From NCBI GenBank assembly GCA_032027005.1, contig JAVSMW010000015.1, forward strand, positions 10,354-42,353: a DNA stretch of 32,000 nt, written 5' to 3'. The number at the start of each line of letters is the position of its first letter. Positions within the stretch are counted from its first letter, which is position 1. Of the stretch, positions 9,196 to 19,904 are shown in pieces. The DNA comes from Thermincola sp. (GTDB lineage: Bacteria; Bacillota; Thermincolia; Thermincolales; UBA2595). The position numbers were made by a program, and so were the translations under genes. Below the pieces are notes generated by a model. That model was not told the DNA's origin, made no database searches, and was given only the letters and a program-made list of their open reading frames with translations.

Positions 9196-9939
9196 ATGGA
9201 GTTTTTTGCTGATTGGCATACCCACTCCAAATATAGTGACGGGCGTGGGAGCATAGAGCAAAACGTGGTCGCCGCTTTAAACAGGGGGTTGGATGAGATT
9301 GCCATTACTGACCACGGGCCGGCTAATATTTCTGCCGGAGTTGAAGGAATCCACAGCTATAATTTGGTCAGAGAAGAAGTTAAAAGAATTAATGAAAAGT
9401 ATCCCCAGATCCGGGTCAAGACCGGGGCTGAAGCAGATATTACGGACTTGGAGGGTACTATTGACCTGCCTGTTAAATGTGCAGACAGCCTGGATGTTCT
9501 GATTGTGGGACTGCACCCGTACGTTTGGCCGGCAACCCTGGACGCTGCCTGGTCTTTGGTAGTCAGAAACCGGACAGCTCAGGTCAGCCGCGGATCCAGG
9601 GAAAAAGTCAGGACCACCAACACTAAGGCATTAAAGGAGGCGGTTAACAGGTATGATGTGGATTTTGTCAGTCATCCGGATTTACAGATGCCTGTGGATA
9701 TAGGCGAGCTATCCAAAGCTTGTGCCGCTCAGGGGACCGCTATTGAAATAAACACCGGGCATCTCTACGATAAAACCGCTTTGGTGAGTATAGCCGCTAA
9801 AACAGGGGTGGGTTTTGTAGTCAACAGCGACGCGCATTTTCCGGAAACCGTTGGCCATTTGGAGGAGGGGGGGAGACTCCTGGAAAAACTTAATATCCCT
9901 GTCCAACGTGTTCTGAATGCGAGGGACCCTAAAAATTGA
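9196..9939 (+). CDS. PHP domain-containing phosphoesterase, second paralogue
   Basis: ORF 9070-9939; ATG at 9196 preceded by gtgaggtg. ADWHTHSKYSDGRGSIEQNV, IAITDHGPANIS, DFVSHPDLQMP and NSDAHFPETVG. Confidence 0.87.
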   Translation: MEFFADWHTHSKYSDGRGSIEQNVVAALNRGLDEIAITDHGPANISAGVEGIHSYNLVREEVKRINEKYPQIRVKTGAEADITDLEGTIDLPVKCADSLDVLIVGLHPYVWPATLDAAWSLVVRNRTAQVSRGSREKVRTTNTKALKEAVNRYDVDFVSHPDLQMPVDIGELSKACAAQGTAIEINTGHLYDKTALVSIAAKTGVGFVVNSDAHFPETVGHLEEGGRLLEKLNIPVQRVLNARDPKN

Positions 9940-9995
9940 AGGGAAAACATATTTTTTGGCGAACTAGGTAGTAACAGTTCATATGGGGTGGAGAC

Positions 9996-10877
9996 ATGAA
10001 AGATATTAGGTTTGTTATTGTGACAGGACTTTCAGGGGCCGGGAAAACTCAGGCAATCCGCGGTTTGGAGGATCTGGGATTTTTTTGCGTGGACAATCTT
10101 CCGCCAACCTTGATCCCCAAATTTGCCGAGCTCTGTGCACAATCTGAAGGCAGGGTTAATAAGATAGCATTGGTGGTAGACATCAGGGGCGGCGGTTTTT
10201 TCGATTCTGTTTACGAATCCCTGGAAAGCCTTAAAAGTTTGGGTATAAAATATGAAATCCTGTTCCTGGAAGCATCTGACGAAACCTTAGTCAGGAGGTT
10301 TAAGGAATCAAGACGGAGACATCCCCTCAGTGACAAGGGGAGTACTCTCGAAGGTATTCTTAAAGAGAGGGCCAGACTCGAGGAACTGAAAGGTAAGGCT
10401 CACAAGATTATTGATACATCTAACCTTACCAATAAGCAATTAAAAGAACAGATCACTTCCATATACGGGGCCGCCAGTGGGGAGCAGAGGCTTAATATCA
10501 CCCTGATGTCTTTTGGATATAAATATGGGATCCCCCTGGATTCAGACCTGGTATTTGATGTTAGGTTTCTTCCCAACCCTTACTATATTGACGAGTTAAG
10601 ACCCCTGACAGGTAATGATTTAGAGGTTCAAAGATATGTTATGGACTCACCTGTCTGCAAAACCTTTATGCGTAAATTTTCGGGTTTGATAAATTTTTTA
10701 ATACCTCATTACATCAAAGAGGGCAAAACAAATTTAACCATAGCCATTGGCTGCACCGGCGGCCAGCACAGGTCGGTGACACTGGCCAATAAACTGGCTG
10801 AAATCCTGGATACTAAGAATTACAATGTCAATAAACGGCACCGGGATATAGAGAAATTATCTGCAGGAGTGTCATAA
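9996..10877 (+). CDS. rapZ: RNase adapter protein RapZ / YvcJ-type nucleotide-binding protein
   Basis: [30 protein letters not shown]; [19 protein letters not shown]; [17 protein letters not shown]; RBS ggtggag. Confidence 0.95.
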   Translation: MKDIRFVIVTGLSGAGKTQAIRGLEDLGFFCVDNLPPTLIPKFAELCAQSEGRVNKIALVVDIRGGGFFDSVYESLESLKSLGIKYEILFLEASDETLVRRFKESRRRHPLSDKGSTLEGILKERARLEELKGKAHKIIDTSNLTNKQLKEQITSIYGAASGEQRLNITLMSFGYKYGIPLDSDLVFDVRFLPNPYYIDELRPLTGNDLEVQRYVMDSPVCKTFMRKFSGLINFLIPHYIKEGKTNLTIAIGCTGGQHRSVTLANKLAEILDTKNYNVNKRHRDIEKLSAGVS

Positions 10878-12227
10878 ATGAATAAATTGAAGTGGTTATA
10901 CCCTGGTATGAGGGTTAAAAGGTGGATGGTTCTGTCGGTTCTGGGCGCAATGTTCTTTGGAGCAGGTTTTATCCTGATCACAAATGTCGGGGCCTTTAGA
11001 ATCCTTAGCTACCTTTATTACCAAAGCTTTGACCCGGACGGTGCCGGCTCGCCGGTTGGTCCCGGAATTGTGGTCCTGGCAGTAGGTTTGGTGATGATTA
11101 TCATTGGTATTCGGAACACAATTTCTTCAATCATAAAGGCTTTAGCTCCGGAAAAACAGGGCGAAGTGGCCGAGTTTATTTATCAAAAACACTACCTGAG
11201 CCGTGGCCCAAAAGTTGTAGTTGTGGGAGGGGGAACGGGGCTTTCGGTTCTCCTCAGGGGGCTGAAAAAATTTACCAGCAATATTACTGCCATTGTCACA
11301 GTAGCAGATGACGGCGGCAGTTCAGGCAAACTGCGGAATGAATTTGGCATGCTGCCCCCCGGTGATATCAGGAACTGCCTGGTGGCCCTGGCGGATAAAG
11401 AAACCTTGATGGAAGACCTGTTTCAACACCGTTTTTCTATTGGCGAAGGTTTGAACGGCCATAGTATGGGTAACCTGCTGATTGCTGCCATGACCCAAAT
11501 CGCCGGTGATTTTGAAACAGCAATTCGTGAAATGAGTAAAGTCCTGGCTATCAGGGGACACGTTTTGCCTGCTACCCTTGACCAGTGCCGCCTTTGCGCT
11601 GAATTTGAGGGTGGCTTGGTGGTTGAAGGTGAGTCAGAGATAACCGAGGTAGGCAAGCGGATAAAAAAGCGGATTAACCGGGTATTCCTGAAGCCTGGAC
11701 ATTGTGAACCACTACCGGAGGCCTTGGCAGCCATTGCTGATGCTGATTTGATTGTTCTAGGCCCGGGCAGCCTTTATACCAGTATTATTCCTAACCTTTT
11801 GGTCAAAGGTATGGCTGAAGCTATAACCAAATCATCTGCCGCAACTGTTTATGTCTGCAATATTATGACCCAGCCCGGGGAAACTGACGGGTACAAAGCT
11901 TCCGAACATATCAGAGCAATTCGCGAACATGCCGGTTCCGGGCTGATAAATTTCGCTATTGTAAACGGTGAGGATATTCCCAAAACTCTGCAGCAAAAAT
12001 ATAGACAGGACGGAGCTGTGCCGGTTAGCCCTGATGTTAAGGAAATCGAAAAAATGAATATAAAACCTATAAAAAGAAACCTTGTTTTTGAAACAGATGT
12101 TGTCCGGCATGACCCTGAAAAACTCTCCGAAGCCATCATGGAACTTGCGGACCAGCTTAAATACGGTAGTGAGAAGTTTAATCTGCAGAGCTTATTCCTG
12201 GGGAAGCAAAGGATTAGGGAAATGTAA
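10878..12227 (+). CDS. yvcK: YvcK/CofD-family gluconeogenesis factor with N-terminal membrane segments
   Basis: KVVVVGGGTGLSVLLRGLKKFTSNITAIVTVADDGGSSGKLRNEFGMLPPGDIRNCLVALA. Directly follows rapZ. Two hydrophobic N-terminal segments. Confidence 0.93.
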   Translation: MNKLKWLYPGMRVKRWMVLSVLGAMFFGAGFILITNVGAFRILSYLYYQSFDPDGAGSPVGPGIVVLAVGLVMIIIGIRNTISSIIKALAPEKQGEVAEFIYQKHYLSRGPKVVVVGGGTGLSVLLRGLKKFTSNITAIVTVADDGGSSGKLRNEFGMLPPGDIRNCLVALADKETLMEDLFQHRFSIGEGLNGHSMGNLLIAAMTQIAGDFETAIREMSKVLAIRGHVLPATLDQCRLCAEFEGGLVVEGESEITEVGKRIKKRINRVFLKPGHCEPLPEALAAIADADLIVLGPGSLYTSIIPNLLVKGMAEAITKSSAATVYVCNIMTQPGETDGYKASEHIRAIREHAGSGLINFAIVNGEDIPKTLQQKYRQDGAVPVSPDVKEIEKMNIKPIKRNLVFETDVVRHDPEKLSEAIMELADQLKYGSEKFNLQSLFLGKQRIREM

Positions 12228-12319
12228 ACTGAGAGTGGGTAGTGGAGAGTGGGAAAGGATAGTTTGGCGTGCAGATGGATGTTTTTAGCGAGGATGTTGA
12301 ATCGGGCGGTGTTTAGGTT

Positions 12320-12721
12320 GTGGACTTTTTAGCTGTAGGGCTGGGCGGGTTTCTGGGGGCTGCAGCCAGGGCCTGGTTGGCAAATCATTTAATACTAGAG
12401 AATTCGGGCAATTTTCCGTTTGGCACACTAATCATAAATCTAACTGGATCATTTGTCCTGTGTTTTTTTATGCTTATCACAGTTGACAGGCTTCAGGTCA
12501 ATTCAAATTTGCGTTTGGCGGTGGGAACCGGTTTTTGCGGGGCTTACACCACATTTTCCACTTTTTCGTTGGAAAATATCAACCTACTTAGAGATGGCAG
12601 GTATGTCGGTGCTTTTGCGTATATCGTTATTACCGCCTTTGGCTGTGTCCTGTTCGGATGGCTCGGCTCAAGAGCCGGCGGCCTGATAGCCCGAAAAGAT
12701 GACGCAGAGACGGAGGGCTAA
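12320..12721 (+). CDS. crcB: Fluoride exporter FluC/CrcB, first copy
   Basis: GGFLGAAARAWLANHL; FPFGTLIINLTGSFVLCFF; GTGFCGAYTTFSTFSLE (CrcB signature). GTG start at 12320. Confidence 0.9.
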   Translation: MDFLAVGLGGFLGAAARAWLANHLILENSGNFPFGTLIINLTGSFVLCFFMLITVDRLQVNSNLRLAVGTGFCGAYTTFSTFSLENINLLRDGRYVGAFAYIVITAFGCVLFGWLGSRAGGLIARKDDAETEG

Positions 12722-12722
12722 G

Positions 12723-13106
12723 ATGGAATACCTGCTAGTCGGGGCCGGCGGGGTACTGGGTGCTATAGCCAGATATGGCATTGGGAAATGGGCCGGCAGA
12801 AGGTGGGATAAAAGGTTTCCGCTGGCTACATTTTGTATAAATATAACCGGGTCCTTTGCTCTTGGTCTGTTGTACATAATCCTTTCAGGCACTGGAGGGA
12901 TTATCGGCGAAATGTTAAAACCTTTTGCCGCCACCGGTTTTCTGGGGGCCTATACTACTTTTTCGACCTTTAGTCTGGAGATTGTAAAATTACTGGAAGA
13001 CAGACAGGCGGCTGTCGCTGCTGCATATTTTGCGACGAGCCTGGCAGGCGGTCTGACGGCGGGCTACATTGGAATATTGGTGGGACAGGCAGTGGGTAGT
13101 GGGTAG
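12723..13106 (+). CDS. crcB: Fluoride exporter FluC/CrcB, second copy
   Basis: MEYLLVGAGGVLGAIARYGIG; FPLATFCINITGSFALG; ATGFLGAYTTFSTFSLE. ATG 1 nt after the upstream stop; ggaggg RBS in the upstream 3' end. Confidence 0.9.
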   Translation: MEYLLVGAGGVLGAIARYGIGKWAGRRWDKRFPLATFCINITGSFALGLLYIILSGTGGIIGEMLKPFAATGFLGAYTTFSTFSLEIVKLLEDRQAAVAAAYFATSLAGGLTAGYIGILVGQAVGSG

Positions 13107-13185
13107 TGGGAAACCACTGGCCACTCGCCTGAAAACCCAAAACGTGGTATAATAAATTGAAACGTTCCCTGGTGGGAGGCCGAAA

Positions 13186-14127
13186 ATGTCCTATTCAATT
13201 GATACCAAAAATGAATTAGCCAGGATAGTGGCAGCCAAAACTTGCTGTCAGCTTGCCGAGCTTGCCGCTATTGTCAAAATGGATGGGATAATGCAGCTTA
13301 GCGGTAAGCATGAAATTTCATTAAATATAATGACTGAAAATGCTGCCGTAGCCCGCAAGGTTTTCACTTATTTGAAAAATCTTTTTGGTGTGCCTACAGA
13401 TATAATGATGACCAAGAAAAACAGGCTGAAGAAAAATAATGTTTATCTGGTCAGAATGTCCCCCCAGGCCGAAGTTATCAATGTCTTGGGCTCAATCGGG
13501 ATGATTGATGAACAGGGTGGACTGCCTGGACTGATCAAGCCTGAATTACTGAAAAAAGACTGCTGCCGCCGCGCCTATCTGCGGGGGGTGTTTTTGGGCG
13601 GTGGTTCGGTAAGTGATCCTGAAGGTGATTATCACCTGGAAATCCTGGTTAATGATGAAAATTTCAGCAGATTTCTATGCCGGCTGCTAAAGAGGTATAG
13701 TTTAACAGCCAGGATTAATGAACGGAAGAATTGGGATGTGGTCTACCTTAAGGGCGGGGAAGATATTATTAAACTCCTTAACCTGATGGGGGCACACCAG
13801 GCCCTTCTCAGCTTTGAAAATATCAGAATATATAAAGATGTGAGAAATCAGGTTAATCGCCTGGTTAACTGTGAAACTGCAAATTTGAATAAAACGGTTA
13901 ATGCTGCTGTGCAGCAGATTGAAGACATTAAACTGCTTGACGAGGCTGTTGGTTTGGCCAAGCTGCCGCTTCCTCTACGTTCAGTCGCAGAAATCCGTCT
14001 GAAGTATCCGGATATCAGTTTGAAGGAACTGGGAGAAAAGCTGGACCCGCCCATAGGGAAATCCGGTGTCAATCACCGGATTCGCCGCCTGCAGAAAATG
14101 GCGGATAAAATAAAAGAGAAACATTAG
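13186..14127 (+). CDS. whiA: WhiA-type DNA-binding protein (LAGLIDADG-like N-domain and C-terminal HTH)
   Basis: CCRRAYLRGVFLGGGSVSDPEGDYHLEI; YPDISLKELGEKLDPPIGKSGVNHRIRRLQKMAD; synteny with rapZ-yvcK. Confidence 0.95.
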   Translation: MSYSIDTKNELARIVAAKTCCQLAELAAIVKMDGIMQLSGKHEISLNIMTENAAVARKVFTYLKNLFGVPTDIMMTKKNRLKKNNVYLVRMSPQAEVINVLGSIGMIDEQGGLPGLIKPELLKKDCCRRAYLRGVFLGGGSVSDPEGDYHLEILVNDENFSRFLCRLLKRYSLTARINERKNWDVVYLKGGEDIIKLLNLMGAHQALLSFENIRIYKDVRNQVNRLVNCETANLNKTVNAAVQQIEDIKLLDEAVGLAKLPLPLRSVAEIRLKYPDISLKELGEKLDPPIGKSGVNHRIRRLQKMADKIKEKH

Positions 14128-14217
14128 CCTAAATATATATTGATTAGAATAAGGACATATTTTACTTGAATAAACTGATATTAAGTGATAGAAGTAAAAA
14201 ATCAAGGAGTGTCTTTT

Positions 14218-15615
14218 ATGCGAATGGGGTTTAGAATCACTCAGGAACAGACACAAAAACTAATAATGACCCCGGAACTTCGGGTAGCTATCAAAATTTT
14301 GCAGCTATCTACTGTTGAATTAGTTCAATATATTGACCAACAGCTGATTGAGAATCCCGTCCTGGAAGTTGTGGAAGGACCAGTTGAACATGAAGCTGAA
14401 GAACCTGTAGAAAAAGCGTCGGAGAAGGAAAATCAAGTTGATATAGATTGGGAACAATATTTTGAAGATGCCGGTGAGCCGAAAGCGGAAAAAACAGTTA
14501 ACCGGGATCGGGAAAACCGACCTTTTGATAATTTTGTTACAGCTGTGCCGAACTTACACGATCACCTTCTCTTTCAGCTTTCTATGGCCAATTTGCCCAA
14601 AAACGAGTGGGATGTTGGCGAATTTCTGATTTTGAGCCTGGATGATAACGGGTATCTGCAGTGCAGTATTAATGAAGCGGCTGTTCGTTGTGGTGTTACT
14701 GTTGAAACGGCCGAAAAAATCTTAAAGGTGATTCAGGGATTTGACCCGCCAGGCATTGCTGCCCGCGACATCAGAGAGTGTTTGCTAATTCAGTATGAAC
14801 AGTTGGAAATTAAAAATGAGCTGTTAAAAAAATTAATCGAAAATTATTTGGGAGAACTTGCTGAGGGCAAAATGATGAAAGTTGCCAAAAAGTTAGGAGT
14901 CTCACTGCCGGATATTCAAAAAGCGGTTGATGAGTTAAAGCTCCTGGAACCCAAGCCGGGGCGAAAATTCTCCGTTAGTGATAATGTCAGATATATTGTT
15001 CCTGATTTAGTGGTAGAAAGAGTGGATGGGGAATATATTATTATGGTTAATGATGTTTCTGCTCCCAGGTTGACTTTGAACCCATTCTATAAAGAACTTG
15101 TCCGCACCGGCTCTTCTGATCCCGAGAGCCGCAAGTTTTTGGAGTCCAAACTCAATTCTGCCGTCTGGCTGATGAGGAGTATTGAGCAGCGCCGGGGCAC
15201 CCTTTACAAAGTGGCCAGATATATTGTTGACGCTCAGGTGGATTTTTTCGAAAAAGGGATAAAATATTTAAAACCGATGATTCTTAAACATGTGGCAGAT
15301 GCCACCGGTCTGCATGAATCCACTGTGAGCAGGGCCACATCCAATAAATATATGCAAACCCCCAAAGGTCTGTTTGAACTGAAATTTTTCTTTTCCAGCG
15401 GAATTTCACATATCCAGGGTTCTGCGGTATCTTCTGAAGCGGTGAAGAAAATTATCAGGGAATTGATAGATGCAGAAGATTCGCAGAAGCCTCTCAGTGA
15501 CCAAAAAATTGCAGATATCCTGCAGGATAAGGGTATGGATATTTCAAGACGGACTGTGGCAAAATATCGTGATGAAACAGGGATTCTTTCTTCAGCCCGG
15601 AGGCGTCGGTACTAG
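14218..15615 (+). CDS. rpoN: RNA polymerase sigma-54 factor
   Basis: FRITQEQTQKLIMTPELRVAIKILQLSTVELVQYIDQQLIENPVLE; HVADATGLHESTVSRATSNKYMQTPKG; RpoN box SRRTVAKYRDETGILSSARRRRY. ATG at 14218 with AAGGAGTG. Confidence 0.96.
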   Translation: MRMGFRITQEQTQKLIMTPELRVAIKILQLSTVELVQYIDQQLIENPVLEVVEGPVEHEAEEPVEKASEKENQVDIDWEQYFEDAGEPKAEKTVNRDRENRPFDNFVTAVPNLHDHLLFQLSMANLPKNEWDVGEFLILSLDDNGYLQCSINEAAVRCGVTVETAEKILKVIQGFDPPGIAARDIRECLLIQYEQLEIKNELLKKLIENYLGELAEGKMMKVAKKLGVSLPDIQKAVDELKLLEPKPGRKFSVSDNVRYIVPDLVVERVDGEYIIMVNDVSAPRLTLNPFYKELVRTGSSDPESRKFLESKLNSAVWLMRSIEQRRGTLYKVARYIVDAQVDFFEKGIKYLKPMILKHVADATGLHESTVSRATSNKYMQTPKGLFELKFFFSSGISHIQGSAVSSEAVKKIIRELIDAEDSQKPLSDQKIADILQDKGMDISRRTVAKYRDETGILSSARRRRY

Positions 15616-15674
15616 TTTGTTTTTTTACGACATATATTTACAAGAAACTCATGGTTAAAAAAGAGGATTTTACC

Positions 15675-15770
15675 ATGGAACCGGAGAATTATTATTCTGC
15701 TTTGAGAGAAATTTTTCGCTTAATTTTGAGTTTACCGGGACGTGAAATTGTACCCTGGGACACGAAATGA
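15675..15770 (+). CDS. Possible 31-aa small ORF between rpoN and cggR (MEPENYYSALREIFRLILSLPGREIVPWDTK)
   Basis: Manual translation of ATG 15675 to TGA 15768-15770; AGAGGA about 8 nt upstream. Not in the supplied ORF track because of its size. Confidence 0.35.
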   Translation: MEPENYYSALREIFRLILSLPGREIVPWDTK

Positions 15771-15797
15771 CCAGCCGCCTTCAAAGGGAGCGGGAAA

Positions 15798-16823
15798 ATG
15801 AGAGATATTATCAGTCTGCAGCAAAAGATTGTGCCTGAATTAATAGAACTAATGGAAAGAAGATATACTATATTGCGATATGTTTCTCACTCCCAGCCGG
15901 TAGGCAGGCGTTTACTTGCCAACGGATTGAAGATGGGTGAAAGGATTGTCCGCTCTGAACTTGAATTTCTTAAAAACCAGGGGCTCCTTGGAGGGGATGT
16001 AAGTGGTGTCAGGCTCACTGATGAAGGTACGCTCTTGGTCCACGAACTGGCTGATTTTATTAAATGTATGAGGGGTTTGGCCGATCTCGAAGCCCGTCTG
16101 AAAGAACAGTTGGGGCTTAGTCAAGTGGTCGTAGTACCGGGGAATTCGGATGAGGATGAGCTGGTCAAAAAGGAACTGGGCAGAGTAGCTGCCAGATGCC
16201 TTTTGGATAATATGCAGGGAGCGAGTACCGTAGCAGTTACCGGAGGCACCACGGTATGGGAAGTAGCTGAAGCCGTTCCGGCATCAAACGCACCCCATCA
16301 TATCCTGTTTGTCCCCGCTCGCGGAGGTTTGGGGGAAGATGTAGAAATCCAGGCAAATTCAATTGCAGCCAAAATTGCCAAAAAGCTGGCAGCAACTTAT
16401 CGCCTGCTGCATGTCCCTGACAATATCGGTGAAGACGCAGTCAAATCACTCAGTAAAGATCTGCATATTCAAGAAGTTATAACAACCATCAAGTCAGCCG
16501 ATATTTTAATTCACGGCATCGGTAATGCCGGGGAATTATCTGTCAACCGTGGCGATGCTCCGGAGACAACCCGTGAGTTAATGGCAGCCGGGGCTGTCGG
16601 GGAAGCTTTTGGCCACTATTTTGCCAAAGACGGGACTATTGTGAGAACTATCCACAGCCTGGGGGTACGCCTGAATGATCTGAAGAATATTGGCCATGTA
16701 ATAGGGGTTGCCGGTGGCCAAAAGAAAGCTGCAGCTATTATGGCAGTGATGTCAAATGGGTTTGAAACTGTTCTGATCACAGATGAAGCGGCCGGAAAAG
16801 CTATTCTGGCTATAGCAAAGTAA
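15798..16823 (+). CDS. cggR: CggR-type central glycolytic genes regulator (SorC/DeoR sugar-binding family)
   Basis: MRDIISLQQKIVPELIELMERRYTILRYVSHSQPVGRRLLA; VAVTGGTTVWEVAEA; located directly upstream of gap. Confidence 0.93.
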   Translation: MRDIISLQQKIVPELIELMERRYTILRYVSHSQPVGRRLLANGLKMGERIVRSELEFLKNQGLLGGDVSGVRLTDEGTLLVHELADFIKCMRGLADLEARLKEQLGLSQVVVVPGNSDEDELVKKELGRVAARCLLDNMQGASTVAVTGGTTVWEVAEAVPASNAPHHILFVPARGGLGEDVEIQANSIAAKIAKKLAATYRLLHVPDNIGEDAVKSLSKDLHIQEVITTIKSADILIHGIGNAGELSVNRGDAPETTRELMAAGAVGEAFGHYFAKDGTIVRTIHSLGVRLNDLKNIGHVIGVAGGQKKAAAIMAVMSNGFETVLITDEAAGKAILAIAK

Positions 16824-16829
16824 TAACTA

Positions 16830-16846
16830 TAAGGCTTAAAGCCTTA
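16830..16846. promoter_or_regulatory. 17-bp palindrome between cggR and gap
   Basis: TAAGGCTT A AAGCCTTA, perfect 8+1+8. A second short IR, AGGAAA gttaa TTTCCT, lies at 16854-16870. Confidence 0.4.
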
Positions 16847-16864
16847 AGAATATAGGAAAGTTAA

Positions 16865-17914
<1,050 letters not shown>

Positions 17915-17935
17915 TAAGCCGGAGGGAGTGTACTA

Positions 17936-19123
17936 ATGAATATCAATACGGTTAAAGATTTGGATGTCAAAGGTAAACGGGTGTTTGTCAGGGTAGATTT
18001 TAATGTACCCTTAAACGACGACAGGGCTGTTACTGACGATACAAGAATCAGGGCGGCTGTTCCTACCATAGACTATCTGACGGGTAAGGGTGCCCGGGTG
18101 ATTCTGGCTTCTCATCTTGGACGCCCTAAAGGGCAGGTCAATGAAAAATATTCCCTGGCGCCGGTAGCAGCTAAACTGAGTGAAATTATGGGGCAATCCA
18201 TTGCCTTCGCTAAAGACTGTATTGGGGAGGAAGCCCGCAAAGTTGTTGACGGCCTCAAGGACGGCGAGGTGGCCCTTTTGGAAAACCTCAGGTTTCATGC
18301 TGAGGAAGAAAAAAACGAGCCTGGTTTTGTCCAAGAGCTGGCTAGTCTAGCAGATGCCTATGTCAATGATGCTTTCGGCGCTGCCCACCGGGCCCATGCC
18401 TCAACTGCAGGGATTGCCGGACATCTGCCGTCAGCGGCAGGGCTCCTGATGGAAAAGGAAGTGGAATATCTCAGCAAGGCTCTGGCTGACCCGGTGAAGC
18501 CCTTTGCTGCTATTATTGGCGGAGCTAAAGTTACTGACAAAATCGGAGTTATCGAGAACCTGTTGGATAAGGTTGATACCCTGATTATCGGCGGGGGTAT
18601 GGCCAATACTTTTCTGAAAGCCCAGGGGTATAATCTGGGTAAATCCCTGGTTGAGGAAGATAAGACCGGTTTGGCCAAAGAAACTTTGGCAAAGGCTGCT
18701 GCCAAAGGTGTTCAATTATTGCTGCCGACCGATTTAATTATTGCGGAAAAGGTTTCTCCTGATGCAGATCATAAAACTGTAGCCAAGGATCAGATTCCTG
18801 CCGAGTGGGCGGCAGTTGATATCGGCCCCGAAAGTGCGCGCATTTTTGCGGATGCTGTCAGGGAAGCAAATACTATTGTCTGGAACGGTCCCATGGGGGT
18901 TTTTGAAATGGAGCCCTTTGCCAAAGGCACTGAGGCTGTGGCCAAGGCTGTGGCGGCATCGGGCGGCACATCCATCGTCGGGGGCGGTGACTCGGTAGCG
19001 GCTGTTAAAAAAATGGGAGTAAGTGCAGAGATAAGCCATATTTCCACAGGCGGCGGTGCTTCCCTGGAATTCCTTGAAGGTAAAGAACTGCCGGGAATCA
19101 AGGCTCTGGAGAGAAGGAGTTGA
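17936..19123 (+). CDS. pgk: Phosphoglycerate kinase
   Basis: [17 protein letters not shown]; [11 protein letters not shown]; [14 protein letters not shown]; [18 protein letters not shown]; GGGDSVAAV. Confidence 0.98.
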   Translation: MNINTVKDLDVKGKRVFVRVDFNVPLNDDRAVTDDTRIRAAVPTIDYLTGKGARVILASHLGRPKGQVNEKYSLAPVAAKLSEIMGQSIAFAKDCIGEEARKVVDGLKDGEVALLENLRFHAEEEKNEPGFVQELASLADAYVNDAFGAAHRAHASTAGIAGHLPSAAGLLMEKEVEYLSKALADPVKPFAAIIGGAKVTDKIGVIENLLDKVDTLIIGGGMANTFLKAQGYNLGKSLVEEDKTGLAKETLAKAAAKGVQLLLPTDLIIAEKVSPDADHKTVAKDQIPAEWAAVDIGPESARIFADAVREANTIVWNGPMGVFEMEPFAKGTEAVAKAVAASGGTSIVGGGDSVAAVKKMGVSAEISHISTGGGASLEFLEGKELPGIKALERRS

Positions 19124-19127
19124 TATA

Positions 19128-19904
19128 ATGCGCAAACCCATCATCGCGGGGAACTGGAAAATGCATAAAACTGTACAAGAAGCCAAAGCACTAGTCACTG
19201 AACTCAGCGCCGAGCTAAAAGATGTCGGTGATGTTGAAATAGTCGTTTGCCCGCCCTTTACGGCCCTGAATGCTGTGCTTGCCACCGCCCAGGGGACAAA
19301 TGTCGCCGTAGGGGCGCAAAATATGCACTGGGAAGACCAGGGGGCCTATACCGGCGAGGTTTCACCGGTCATGCTCAGGGAAATGGGCTGTAAATATGTA
19401 ATTATCGGCCATTCTGAACGCCGGGAATATTTTGCCGAAACTGACGAAAATGTTAACAAAAAAACCAAAGCCGCCTTCAAACACGGCCTGCTGCCTATTG
19501 TTTGTGTCGGAGAAAAGTTAGACCACAGAGAACAGGGGATCACTGAGCAGATTGTTAAAGCTCAGGTCCAAGGCGGCCTTGCCGGCCTCGAAAAAGATCA
19601 GGTGGCCCAGCTTGTGGTGGCCTATGAGCCAGTTTGGGCCATCGGCACGGGTAAAACAGCTTCTGACGATGACGCCCAACAGGTCATTGGTTTTATCAGG
19701 GGCGTTATCACAGAGATGTACGGTCAGGAACCGGCTGGACAGGTTCGTATTCAGTATGGCGGCAGTGTCAAGCCTGATAACATTTCCGGATTGATGCAGC
19801 AAAAAGACATAGATGGCGCCCTGGTAGGCGGTGCCAGCTTAGATGTCCGGAATTTTGCCGGGATTGTTAAACGTAGTGGAGAGTGGAGAGTGGGGAGTGA
19901 GTAG
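19128..19904 (+). CDS. tpiA: Triosephosphate isomerase
   Basis: MRKPIIAGNWKMHKT; VIIGHSERREYF; VAYEPVWAIGTGK; IQYGGSVKPDN. The ORF track start (19056) lies inside pgk; ATG 19128 is the likely start. Confidence 0.97.
   Translation: MRKPIIAGNWKMHKTVQEAKALVTELSAELKDVGDVEIVVCPPFTALNAVLATAQGTNVAVGAQNMHWEDQGAYTGEVSPVMLREMGCKYVIIGHSERREYFAETDENVNKKTKAAFKHGLLPIVCVGEKLDHREQGITEQIVKAQVQGGLAGLEKDQVAQLVVAYEPVWAIGTGKTASDDDAQQVIGFIRGVITEMYGQEPAGQVRIQYGGSVKPDNISGLMQQKDIDGALVGGASLDVRNFAGIVKRSGEWRVGSE

Noticed and set aside
12228-12319. Fluoride riboswitch upstream of the crcB pair
   Set aside because: I could not match the conserved crcB motif core or pseudoknot in this spacer; the sequence is instead GTGGGTAG-type repeat and G-rich spacer.
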